Source: an uncultured Thermoleophilia bacterium
GTDB taxonomy: Bacteria > Actinomycetota > Thermoleophilia > UBA2241
Assembly (NCBI GenBank): GCA_963715985.1
Contig: CAVQSP010000009.1
Coordinates: forward strand, 32,001 to 96,000
Direction of reading: 5' to 3'
Length of the DNA: 64,000 nt
Positions 41,396 to 51,296 of this stretch are shown piece by piece. The translations under genes and the position numbers were made by a program. Under the pieces are notes generated by a model. That model was not told the DNA's origin. It saw only the letters and a list, made by a program, of their open reading frames with translations, and ran no database searches. Position 1 is the stretch's first letter, and every line of letters starts with the position of its first letter.

Positions 41396-42066
41396 CGCCG
41401 GGCCCCGCAGTAGGTGACGTCGGCGCGCACCACGGCGTCGACGAAGATGCCGGGTGTGTGGATCTTCTCCGGGTCGAGCTCGCCGATGCTGTACAGGTGC
41501 TCGACCTCCGCGATCACGAAGTCGCCGCAGGTGGCGACCACGGTGTTGTAGTTGCGCGATGTGCCGCGGAAGCACAGGTTGCCGTAGGTGTCGCCGGCGT
41601 GCGCGCGCACGAAGGCCACGTCCGCGCGCACGCGGCGTTCCCAGAGATAGTCGACGCCGTCCACGGTGACCTTCTCGTGCCCGGCCTCCACGGCAGTGCC
41701 GACGCCGACGGGCGTCAGAAAGCCGCCCAGGCCGGCGCCGCCGCAGCGCAGCATCTCGATGAGGTTGCCCTGCGGCACCCACTCCAGCTCGAGGTCGCCG
41801 TCCTCCACCGCCTTGCCCACGGCCGGCGTGTAGCCGATGTGGCAGCAGTGCAGCCGGCGCACCATCCCGGCCCTGACCAGCTCGACGATGCCGTCGTCGC
41901 CGAACCCGCCGTCGTTGGCATAGATGTCGAGGTCGTGCACGTCGCGGAGCTTCAGCGCCCTGATGAGCGTGAGCGGCACGCCCTGGCCCAGGAACCCTGC
42001 CAGGGCCAGTGTCATGCCCGATCCCACACGGGCCGCGGCCTCGTCGATCGGAATGACCTTGTCCAT
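41392..42066 (-). CDS. Family I CoA-transferase subunit A (AtoD/ScoA-like)
   Basis: AGFLG, PQGNL.E, GGAGLGGFLTP.GVGT, IHTPGIFVD. Confidence 0.92.
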   Translation of the reverse strand: MDKVIPIDEAAARVGSGMTLALAGFLGQGVPLTLIRALKLRDVHDLDIYANDGGFGDDGIVELVRAGMVRRLHCCHIGYTPAVGKAVEDGDLELEWVPQGNLIEMLRCGGAGLGGFLTPVGVGTAVEAGHEKVTVDGVDYLWERRVRADVAFVRAHAGDTYGNLCFRGTSRNYNTVVATCGDFVIAEVEHLYSIGELDPEKIHTPGIFVDAVVRADVTYCGARR

Positions 42067-42082
42067 CGTCACGACGACCACC

Positions 42083-43297
42083 TCACCCCTGCCCATCGAT
42101 GAGCACCGCCGGATCCGGCGGCGCGTCCGGACACGCGCCCACGAAAACGGCCGCGTCGACGACGCTGTCCAGCCGGGCGAGGCTCTCCACCAGCCGCCCG
42201 GCGGTCTGCTGGTCGGTGTCCACGCCCAGCGTGAGATACGTGTGTGCGCGGTCGGGCAGGCTGCGCACCACCACGGTCTCGATGTTGACGCTGCGGCGAG
42301 CCACTTGCCGGGCCACCCGCGCCAGCACCGAGGGCTTGTCTTCCACGAGGAGCCGCAACCAGCAGTGCGCGGCATGCGCGCCGGTGCCTTCGTCGCCGGT
42401 CGGGAAGGCGGCGGCCAGCGCCTCCAGCCGCGCCCACTGCTCGGCGATGTCGGCGCGCAGGCGCTCCGCGTGCTTCGCGGGACCGGTGAAGCGGCGCTGC
42501 CGTGCGAAGTACTCCTCCAGAGGCGTGCCATCGGGCCGCGCGTTGATGCGATAGCGCCGCCCGTTGAAGATCTCGTAGAGGGGGAAGATGCCGGTGGCCA
42601 CGGCCAGGCGCGCCAGTTCCACGGTGTCGGCCGGCTCCGACTTCCAGCCGGCCGGGCACGGCGAGAGCAGGAGCAGGAAGCGGAAGCCACGCGTGGCCTG
42701 CGCGACCGCGAGCTTGCGCATGAAGTCGTCGCGGTGCGCCAGTGAGAGGGTGGCCGCGTAAGGCACCCGGTGCGCGGCCATGATGGCCATGATGTCCTTC
42801 TTGGGCTCGGCCTTGCCGGCGCTCGTGGTGGTGGTGTGTGCGCCCAGGGGCGTCGCCCCGCTGCGCTGGCCCCCGGTGTTGCCGTAGATCTCGTTGTCGT
42901 AGCAGATGTAGATGACGTCCTCGTTGCGCTCGGCGGCGCCCGAGAGTGTCGACAGCCCGATGTCGTAGGTGCCGCCGTCCCCGGCCCAGCAGATCGTCGG
43001 GTCCGGCTCGTCGTTGAGGTGGTGCACGCGGCTCACGCCGGTCGCCACCGCCGGTGAGCTCGCGAAGGTCGAGGCCACGGTGGGGACACCGTAGGCGCTG
43101 TCGGGGAACGCGCCCGGCGCGACCACCGCGCAGCACGCCGGCACGACCAGCGTGATCATGCCGCCGCGCAGCGCCTGGTCCAGCCACTGCAGGCCGAGCG
43201 ACATGCCGCAGCCGGCGCAGGCCACGTTGCCCGGCCGCCAGAGTGGCTCCGAGCGCGTCACCACCGGGCCCTGCATCTGCGACGGCCCGCTGCTCAT
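42083..43297 (-). CDS. 2-oxoacid:ferredoxin oxidoreductase beta subunit with C-terminal ACT domain
   Basis: CAGCG, GDGGTYDIG...YDNE.YGNTGGQ, SPCP; tail LLVEDKPSVLARVARQVARRSVNIET. Confidence 0.9.
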   Translation of the reverse strand: MSSGPSQMQGPVVTRSEPLWRPGNVACAGCGMSLGLQWLDQALRGGMITLVVPACCAVVAPGAFPDSAYGVPTVASTFASSPAVATGVSRVHHLNDEPDPTICWAGDGGTYDIGLSTLSGAAERNEDVIYICYDNEIYGNTGGQRSGATPLGAHTTTTSAGKAEPKKDIMAIMAAHRVPYAATLSLAHRDDFMRKLAVAQATRGFRFLLLLSPCPAGWKSEPADTVELARLAVATGIFPLYEIFNGRRYRINARPDGTPLEEYFARQRRFTGPAKHAERLRADIAEQWARLEALAAAFPTGDEGTGAHAAHCWLRLLVEDKPSVLARVARQVARRSVNIETVVVRSLPDRAHTYLTLGVDTDQQTAGRLVESLARLDSVVDAAVFVGACPDAPPDPAVLIDGQG

Positions 43298-44469
43298 CGC
43301 ACCGGCTCCGGGAAGAACACCGGGGGTCCGGCGTGCTCGCGAGCGGCGAGATCGTCCACGACGGCGTCGACCACGGCGAACGGCACGTCCGAGCCGCCCA
43401 GACCCACGATGTAGTCCTGCACCACGACACCCGCACGCGTGGCGAGGCTCGTGGCCATCTCGTTCCACAGGATGCCGCCGGAGCCCGGCGAGTGGTCGCG
43501 GTCGAGGACCGCGACCCGCTGCGCCGATCCGACCGCCTGCACGAACTCCTGACGCAGGAACGGCCGGAACAGGTGAGCGCGCACCAGGCCGACCTTCTGG
43601 CCGGCCGCCCGGCGCGCCTGCACCACCTGCCACGCCGTACGCGCCATGGTGCCGCAGGCCACCAGCACGAGGTCGGCGTCCTCGGTGGCCACAGCGGGGA
43701 AGGGGTCGGCGGGTCGGCGGCCGAAGACGCTCAGGAACTCGTCGCCGGCCTCCCGGAGGACCTGTGGTACTGCCTCCATGGCCTGCTCGATGTCGGCGCG
43801 CTGAAGCTGCGTGTCCTCCGGCCACGTCATGCCGCCGTAGACCCGGGGGTGGTCCCGCCTGATGCGGTGCGGCAGGTCGAGCGGGGGCAGAAACGCGTCC
43901 ACTTGCGCCTGCTCCGGAAGGTCGAGGTCCATCAGCGTATGCGAGAGCACGAAGCCGTCCTGAGCGACGAGGGCCGGCAGCAGGACGCGTGAGTCCTCGG
44001 CCACCCGGAACGCGATGAGGATGGTGTCGGCGAGGTCCTGATGGGACTCGCAGTAGAACTGCAGCATGGCCGCGTCGCGGAGGGCCAGACTGTCACCCTG
44101 GTCCACCCAGATGTTCCACGGCGGGCCCACCGTGCGGTTGGAGGCGACGAGCACGATCGGCAGACGGTAGTAGCCGGCCACGAACACGTTCTCGGTCATG
44201 TACAGGAGCCCATTGGACGCGCTGGCGGTGAAGGAGCGAGCCCCGGCGATGGAGGCGCCGATGCACACGCCCATGGCGCTGTGCTCCGACTCCACCGGTA
44301 CCACCGCGCCTTTGGTGAACGCGAAGTCGGTGAGGTACTCCATGATCTCCGTCTGCGGTGTGATGGGGTAGACACCGCTGCAGCAGCCGCGGGCGCCGCG
44401 GTTGGCCTCGCCGGCGACGGCAAGCATGGCTCCCGCGGCCCCATTACCCGTCAACAGCGCGCGCGTCAT
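43294..44469 (-). CDS. 2-oxoacid:ferredoxin oxidoreductase alpha subunit
   Basis: YPITPQT, ESEHSA, ASNGL, NR, DGFVLSH. Confidence 0.92.
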   Translation of the reverse strand: MTRALLTGNGAAGAMLAVAGEANRGARGCCSGVYPITPQTEIMEYLTDFAFTKGAVVPVESEHSAMGVCIGASIAGARSFTASASNGLLYMTENVFVAGYYRLPIVLVASNRTVGPPWNIWVDQGDSLALRDAAMLQFYCESHQDLADTILIAFRVAEDSRVLLPALVAQDGFVLSHTLMDLDLPEQAQVDAFLPPLDLPHRIRRDHPRVYGGMTWPEDTQLQRADIEQAMEAVPQVLREAGDEFLSVFGRRPADPFPAVATEDADLVLVACGTMARTAWQVVQARRAAGQKVGLVRAHLFRPFLRQEFVQAVGSAQRVAVLDRDHSPGSGGILWNEMATSLATRAGVVVQDYIVGLGGSDVPFAVVDAVVDDLAAREHAGPPVFFPEPVR

Positions 44470-44478
44470 GACCCCGCC

Positions 44479-46747
44479 TCAGACCGCTTCGGTGAACATG
44501 ACGCCGCGTGGGCAGGTGGCCACGCAGAGGCCGCAGCCCTTGCAGTAGTCGTAGTCGGCCTCGGGGAGACCGCCCTCGGGCCGGCGCAGCACTCCCTCCG
44601 GGCAGTACACGACGCAGGTGTCGCAGCCGGTGCAGAGGCCGCAGACGAAGCAGCGTGCGGCCTCGGCGCGGACGGCGTCGCGCCCGGGCTGCTCCGCGAA
44701 GCCGCGGCGGACCTCGGCGAAGCCGGTGCGGCGTTTTCGCGGGGAGAGCCGGGACACCGGCTCCCCCGGTACGCGAGAGAAGGCACCGGCGTGGACCACG
44801 TCGGGACCGGCGAGAGCTGCGCCGGGCGCGGGGCCTGAGGCAGGTACGCCGGCGGCGGCGTCCATCCGGCCGCCGGCGTCCGATCCGGCCGGCGGCATCG
44901 GCGTCGGCCAGAGCGACGTGGATGGCGAGGGCCGCCCGGCGCCCGCTGCCGATGGCCGCCGCCACGGTGCCCTCGCCACCGGCGAAGTCGCCCGCCGCGT
45001 AGACCGGCGTACTCGCGCCGCGCAGATGGAAGGGGCCGCGCGGCTGTGCCCCCGGCGGTAGCAGCGAGAGGTCGCGGCCCTGCCCGAGAGCGAGCAGCAG
45101 CCGGTCGCAGGCGAACCCCACCCGGCTGCCCGGGCCGTCGAGGGGTACCGGCCGCGGCCGGCCGCTCTGGTCGGGCTCGCCGAGGCGCATGCGCCGGCAC
45201 GCCAGCACCCCGTGCTCCTCGCCGCCACCCAGGCCGACGGGCGCGACCAGCTCGTCGACCCGCACACCCTCTTCGAGCGCCTCCTCGACCTCCTCCGCGA
45301 TGGCCGGCATCTCGCCGCGCGTGCGGCGGTAGACGACGCGCACCTCGCGCGCACCGAGGCGCATGGCGGTGCGCGCGGCGTCCATCGCCGTCGTCCCGCC
45401 GCCGGCAACGACGACGGCCTCTCCTGTGAGGTCGACCCGTCCTCCCTGGACCGCAGCGAGGAAGTCGAGGCCCTGCTCCACAGAGACGCTGTCGCCGCCC
45501 AGATCCAGGTCTCGCTGCGCCTGCAGACCCGTGGCGACCAGCACGGCGCGGGACTCATCCGCCAGCCCCCGGAGGACGTCGCGGTCCACCCGCTGCCCGG
45601 TACGGACCGTCACGCCGTGCTCGAGGACGAAGGCGATCTCGCGGTCCAGCACGTCCCGCGGCAGCCGGTACGCGGGGATGCCGGAGCGCAACACGCCGCC
45701 GAGGTGCGCAGACGCTTCGACCAGCAGGACCGGGTGGCCGAGACGGCCGAGCTGGTAGGCGGCAGAGAGTCCGGCCGGCCCAGCCCCCACCACGGCGACC
45801 GGGCCGCAAGGCGCGCCGCGCGAGGCGCGCGGCCACGGCGCGCGGTCGGCCAGAGCGCGCTCGATGTCGCGCACGTCCACGGCGCCGTCCAGCTCGCGCC
45901 GGTTGCACGCGCTCATGCAGGGCGCCGGGCACACGCGCCCGCACACGCCGGGGAGCGGAGAAGTCTCAAGGAGGATGCCGAGCGCGACAGCGTCGTCGCC
46001 GGCGGCCGCGGCGCGCACGAAGCCGCGCACGTCGTTGCCCGCCGGGCACGCGTCACTGCACAGAGGCAGCAGCTCGCGGGTGTGCGGCCGGACGGACGCC
46101 CAGGCGCCGGTGTGGGTGGTCGGCCGCCGACCGACGCGCTCGTCCAGGAAGCCGAGATGCGCGTGGGGCGGCACCGGCGCCGGCGCGGCCACCTCGCCCG
46201 GCTCGGCCTCGGTGACCGTGCCCGCGAACGCCCGGCGGGCGGCCGCGATATTGGGCCCGCCGAAGCCCGCGTCGGCCAGAGCTCCCTCCACATCCCCGAG
46301 CTCCAGGCCCAGGACCCGCCCGACGGACCCGAGGAGCGCCGTGTTGACGATGGGCACCGCCCTCGTCCCCAGACCGTTGTCCGCGGCGATGGCGCTGGCG
46401 TCCACCGTCGCGACGTTGCGCCCGGGGAAGCAGGCCGCGAAAGCCTCGGGTGGGTGGGGCGAGTTCACGACCACCCAGCCGCCGTCACGCATGTTCTCGG
46501 CCACTTCCGGCGCCGCCAGGGAGGCGTCGACCACGACCACGTGGTCCGGCGTCGTGATGGCGTTGTGCACGACGATCTCACGCTCGTCCACGCGCACGAA
46601 CGCCTGCACGGGCGCGCCCATGCGCTCGGCGCCGTACACGCCGAACGCCTGCACGTGCAGGCCGCGGCGGTAGTACGCGCCGGCGATGAGCTTGGCGAGG
46701 GTCACGCCGCCGCGACCGCCGCGACCGTGGATGACCAGCTCGATCAT
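44479..46747 (-). CDS. Fusion of oxidoreductase gamma subunit, GltD-like FAD/NAD(P) oxidoreductase and delta (2x4Fe-4S); frameshift near 44880
   Basis: HGRGGRG...YGAERMGAPV; CGRVCPAPC, GAGPAG, GGGTTAMD, AGD; alternate frame CFVCGLCTGCDTCVVYCP...YCKGCGLCVATCP. Confidence 0.85.
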
Positions 46748-47703
46748 CGCCGGCCACGTCGCTTCCGGCCGACCTCCGAGGGGCCCTCGGAGCCGTACAC
46801 CGCCGTACACCAGCCCCGGTACTCCGCCCGCCGGCCGCGGACGACCTCGCGGTACAGCGCGGCCAACTCACGTGCGACCGGGCCGATGGCGCCGTCGCCG
46901 ACAGGCCGCCTGTCGATCTCCACGACCGGCGCCACTTCGGCGGCGGTGCCGCACAGAAAGACCTCGTCGGCGAACCCCAGCTCGCTGCGGTTCACGTCGC
47001 GCTCCACGGTCGGCAGCCCCAGCTCTCTCTCCGCGAGCTCGATCACCGTGGCGCGGGTGATACCGGCGAGCACGTCACCGCCCAATGACGGCGTGACCAG
47101 CCTGCCGTCGATCATCAGGAAGACGTTCTCCGCCGAGCCCTCGGCCACCCGGCCGTCGACGGTGAGCATGAGAGCCTCGTCGAAGCCGGCCTGCACGGCC
47201 TCCCGGCGCGCCAGGGCGAGCGAGGCATACACCCCGCCTATCTTGGCGCGCGTGGGTGCGGCGTTGCCGTGCGGGCGGCGCCACGAGCTCACGCCGCAGC
47301 GGATGCCCCCGTCGCCGATGTACTTGCCCATCGGCACGTGGAACATGACGAAGGTCTCGCTGAGGTCGGGGCGCCACAGGCCGATGACCTCGTCCGAGTA
47401 GTAGAGGATCGGCCGCACGTACACGTCCTCGCGCACCTGGTTGCGGGCGAGCAACCCGGCGGCGACCGTGCAGAGCTCCTCCACGGAGTACGGCAGCCTC
47501 ATTCCGTAGAAGCGCGCCGAGGCCTGCAGCCGCGCGCAGTGATCCGGGGCACGGAAGAGGTAGAGTTCGTCGGTGGCGGGGTCCCAGTAGGCGCGCATGC
47601 CCTCGAACACGTTGGTGCCGTAGTGAAGAGCGTGCGTGCCTACCCCGACGCTGAGGTCCGCGTACGGCAGGTAGTCGCCATCCCTGAAGGCCAGGCGGGT
47701 CAT
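46744..47703 (-). CDS. ilvE: Branched-chain amino acid aminotransferase
   Basis: ALHYG..VFEGMRAY, YVRP, AKIGGVY, EGSAEN, LAGITR, CGTAAEV. Confidence 0.92.
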   Translation of the reverse strand: MTRLAFRDGDYLPYADLSVGVGTHALHYGTNVFEGMRAYWDPATDELYLFRAPDHCARLQASARFYGMRLPYSVEELCTVAAGLLARNQVREDVYVRPILYYSDEVIGLWRPDLSETFVMFHVPMGKYIGDGGIRCGVSSWRRPHGNAAPTRAKIGGVYASLALARREAVQAGFDEALMLTVDGRVAEGSAENVFLMIDGRLVTPSLGGDVLAGITRATVIELAERELGLPTVERDVNRSELGFADEVFLCGTAAEVAPVVEIDRRPVGDGAIGPVARELAALYREVVRGRRAEYRGWCTAVYGSEGPSEVGRKRRGRR

Positions 47704-47816
47704 GTCGCCCCCTCGGACAGTGGAAACGACGCGCATAGCGTGAAAGACTAACTCAATGATACAATTCCCTCGAATGAACACAAGTAGTCGGTGCGCGAAA
47801 CGCCGGAGAGGACTCG

Positions 47817-48572
47817 ATGACGCCGCTGCGTGAGCTTGACGCGCCTGAGCCGGCCGACGCCCTTGGAGTGGCGCCGCTCGCCACGCCCAGCGCCAGTGAC
47901 GGCGTGGCTGAGGTGATCCGCGGCCTCATCTTCTCCGGGGAGCTCTCGCCCGGGGACTGGCTGCCGCCCAGCCGCGACCTGGCGGACCGGCTCGGCATCT
48001 CCTCGCTCACGTTGCGCGTCGGCCTGCGCACGCTGGAGACCACCGGCTACCTCGTCACCACGCGCGGCGCCCGCGGCGGCACCCGGGTCAACGACATCGA
48101 TGCGCTCAGCCGCATCTGGGTCGCGTGGATGGCGGCCAAGGGCGACGAAGTGCGCGACATGTGGGAGTTCCGCGAGATCGTCGAGTGCCACGTGGCAGGG
48201 CTCGCGGCGGAACGCCGGAGCGCCGCCGAGCTCGCCGCCATCGAGGCGGCGCTGTCGGCGGCCGCCAGCGACAGCCACACGGCCGTGCTGCGCTGGAACG
48301 GCACGTTCCACGACGCCCTCGCCGCGGCCGCGCACAGCACGCACCTGGCGCGCGCCGTCGTCGGCGTACGCAAGGAGCTGTTCCTGCCCGTCGAGTTGCT
48401 CCTGCGCGAGCACACCGCGGACGAGCTGCGCGCCGCCCACGCGGAGATCTGTGCGGCGGTGCGCGACCGCGAGCCGGGGCGCGCCATGGAGCGCATGCGC
48501 GATCACCTCACGGCCACGCGCGACATGGTCGCGCAGGCCCTCGCGGAGCTCACCGGCGGCGGCGGCTCCTAG
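47817..48572 (+). CDS. GntR/FadR-family regulator, divergent from the ilvE operon
   Basis: PGDWLP..RDLA..LGIS wHTH; FCD domain FHDAL...H..I. Confidence 0.9.
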   Translation: MTPLRELDAPEPADALGVAPLATPSASDGVAEVIRGLIFSGELSPGDWLPPSRDLADRLGISSLTLRVGLRTLETTGYLVTTRGARGGTRVNDIDALSRIWVAWMAAKGDEVRDMWEFREIVECHVAGLAAERRSAAELAAIEAALSAAASDSHTAVLRWNGTFHDALAAAAHSTHLARAVVGVRKELFLPVELLLREHTADELRAAHAEICAAVRDREPGRAMERMRDHLTATRDMVAQALAELTGGGGS

Positions 48573-49396
48573 ACGACGGCCGTGAGCACGCTCACGCCGG
48601 CGATGGTGCACACGATCCCGGCCCACTGGTTGGGCCTGGGACGCTCCCGCAGCAGCAGGTACCCCAGCAGCACGCCGAAGGTGCCGAACTGCGAGGTGGT
48701 CACGGCGGCGATGGTGGGCGGACCGAGGGCGAAGGTGATCGTCAGCAGGAGCAGCCCACAGACCTCCAGCGCCCCGGCGCCCAGGGCGGTGACGCGCAGC
48801 GCCTTGGGTACCACCACGCTCCCGGTGATGAGCGCCACGGGGACGGCGACGAGCAGCGACACGCCGCGCGAGATGGCCGCCTGCGAGAGCCAGTCGAGGT
48901 CGCCGTAGGCGTAGCAGAGCAGCACGCCCGAGAACAGCATCCCGGAGAGGATGGCCCACGAGGCGCCGCGCGCCGACTTGGCGCGGCCCTCGAACGACGC
49001 CAGCACCGCGCCACACACGCACAGGACGAGTCCCACCGCGAGCAGCGGGGTCACGGGCTCGCCGAGCGCGATGACGACCAGCGCCACGTAGGCGCTCTGC
49101 AGAGAGGCGAGCGCCGACACGAGGCCGAGATCCCCCGTCTCCAGGCCCTTGAACAACGAGAGCAGGGCCCCGAAGTAGAGGACTCCGGCCAGAGCGGCAA
49201 GGCCGGCCCCGCGCCACTCTCCGGGCCCCGGCAGGCCCTTGAGCAGCAGCGCCAGCGGGATGATGACGATCGCGCCGAACCCCATCACCCACACCATCTG
49301 CGTGAGCGGCCGCGTCTTGCGCGTGATGTGCTGCGAGAGCATGTCGCTGCTCGAGTACGACAGCGCGGTGAGGAGGCCGGAGAGGACAGTGAGCAT
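48569..49396 (-). CDS. EamA/DMT transporter
   Basis: About ten TM segments, ALGEP, LLRERP..NQWAG. Confidence 0.85.
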   Translation of the reverse strand: MLTVLSGLLTALSYSSSDMLSQHITRKTRPLTQMVWVMGFGAIVIIPLALLLKGLPGPGEWRGAGLAALAGVLYFGALLSLFKGLETGDLGLVSALASLQSAYVALVVIALGEPVTPLLAVGLVLCVCGAVLASFEGRAKSARGASWAILSGMLFSGVLLCYAYGDLDWLSQAAISRGVSLLVAVPVALITGSVVVPKALRVTALGAGALEVCGLLLLTITFALGPPTIAAVTTSQFGTFGVLLGYLLLRERPRPNQWAGIVCTIAGVSVLTAVV

Positions 49397-49457
49397 GCGG
49401 CCAGTGTATCCATCGGACCTCGTTGCCCGATAGGCCGCCGGGCGGGATGATGGCCCC

Positions 49458-50252
49458 ATGAGCTCTCCCTCCCCACTTCCCGTGGCCGCCTCCTGGTTCA
49501 CCTGGACGTGGCTCACGCCGCGTACGGCGGTCATCACCGAGCCCCACGTGGACGACCTGCTGGCCGCGAACCTGTGGTTCCTGCACGGCCGCGACCGCGA
49601 CCTGCTGGTGGACACCGGCAACGGCATCGCGCCGCTGGCTCCCGTGCTGGCGCGCTTCGCGCCCGGCGGGCGGCGGGACGTCGTGTGCGTCGCGACCCAC
49701 GCGCACGTCGACCACATCGGGGGGTTTCACGAGTTCGCGCGGCGCCTGCTGCACACGCAGGAGGAGCGCGTGCTGTCGCGCATCCGCGACGAGACACCGC
49801 TGGTGCCGGCGAGCTGGCCGCAGGAGGAGCGCGAGGAGATCGTGGCCAGCGGCTTCGTCCTCCCGGACGTGCTGGTGGACGCGATCCCGAACCCCGATTT
49901 CGACCCGTACACCTACCGTGTCAGGTACGCCCCTCCCACGCAGGCCGTGACGGGCGGCGACAGCGTCGACCTCGGCGACCGCACCCTCTCCGTAGTCGAT
50001 CTGCCGGGGCACACGCCGGGCAGCATCGGCCTCGTCGATCACGAGGAGAGCGCCCTTCTCTCGGGCGACGCGATCTACGACGGCGAGCTCCTCGACACCC
50101 TGCCCGAGTCGGACGTGGGGCAGTACCTCTGCACGATGGACGTGCTGCGCTCCCTCGAAGTCGACGTCGTCTATCCCGGTCACGGCCCGGCGTTCGGGCG
50201 GGAGCGGCTGCGCGATCTCGCCGAGGCCTACATCCGGCGTCGCGTGGGCTGA
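49458..50252 (+). CDS. Metallo-beta-lactamase fold hydrolase
   Basis: THAHVDHIGG, PGHTPG, SGD, PGHG. Confidence 0.9.
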   Translation: MSSPSPLPVAASWFTWTWLTPRTAVITEPHVDDLLAANLWFLHGRDRDLLVDTGNGIAPLAPVLARFAPGGRRDVVCVATHAHVDHIGGFHEFARRLLHTQEERVLSRIRDETPLVPASWPQEEREEIVASGFVLPDVLVDAIPNPDFDPYTYRVRYAPPTQAVTGGDSVDLGDRTLSVVDLPGHTPGSIGLVDHEESALLSGDAIYDGELLDTLPESDVGQYLCTMDVLRSLEVDVVYPGHGPAFGRERLRDLAEAYIRRRVG

Positions 50253-50291
50253 GCGGCGCTACGCGGACGGGTGGTCGGGCGGCGCGGCGCC

Positions 50292-51261
50292 CTAGCCGGC
50301 GGCCAGGAACGCCACCGCCACGCAGGTGAGCCCCACGCCCGCGTACTGCACCGCCGACAGGCGCTCGCGGAGCACCACGAAGCCGAGCACGGCGGCCACC
50401 AGCCCGCCCAGCGACGCCAGCACGGACGCCACGGCCACCGGGCCGATGGTGATCGCCGTGGCCAGGGCGACGAAGGCCCCGGCGTCGAAGCACCCGGCCG
50501 CGGCCGCACGCTTCGCCAGCGGCCGCGGAAGCCGCAGGCCCGAGAGCATGAGGGCCACCGGAACGAGCACGGCCATCGTCCCGAGGCGGCCGTAGGCGGC
50601 GATGGCCACGGGGTGCAGCGCCGTCGCCGCCGCCAGCAGCAGCATCGTGACCCCGAACAGCGCCGACGAGGCCAGCGCCCAGCCGGCGCCGGCGGTGGCA
50701 TGGGTGCGCCTGCGACGGGCGCGGCCGGGCAAGGGCGCCTGAGCGCCGGCGGGCGCAGGCGCGTCGCCGGCGAGGGCCGGAGACGGGTCGTTCTCCGCCG
50801 GGACGGCCTCTCGCCGGGTCCGGCCCGAACACCTCTTCTTTGGGGACGCGTTCGATGGAGGCGAGCAGCCCGCCGGCCACGGCCAGGGGAAGGCCGACGA
50901 GGGCGGCGGTGGAGAGCGACTCGCCGCCTGCCACCATGATCGCGGCCACCAGCCCTCCGGAGAGCGACGCCAGCGGCGTGACCAGGGAGAGGCGGCCGAC
51001 CACGAGGCCGCGCAGCAGGCAGGCCAGCCCAGCCGCCTCGGCCAGGCCGCTGGCCACGGCGATGCCGACGGCCTGCCACTCGGCAGAGCCGCTGGGCAGG
51101 CCGTCCAGAATGAGCGCGAGCGGCAGGAGGACGGCGAGCGCCACACCCATCGACCACGTGAGGCCGGTCCACAAGGACGCAGCACGGACCACCTTCACCA
51201 TGAGGAAGTCGTGCATGGCGTAGCCGACAGCCGTGCCGAAGCCCAGGAGGACGGTCAGCAT
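50292..51261 (-). CDS. EamA/DMT transporter, frameshift near 50830
   Basis: MLTVLLG... N-half in one frame; GAGWAL...LRERLSAVQYAG C-half in another; resembles 48569-49396. Confidence 0.8.
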
Positions 51262-51296
51262 GCCGCGTCCCCGTCAGCCCCGACGGGTGGGAGCCG

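Noticed and set aside
47748-50183. Long shadow ORFs (this 811-aa one, 20481-22763, 28309-30408, 33761-35884, 45212-47401 and similar)
   Set aside because: Antisense or off-frame to well-supported genes; expected in high-GC DNA with few stop codons
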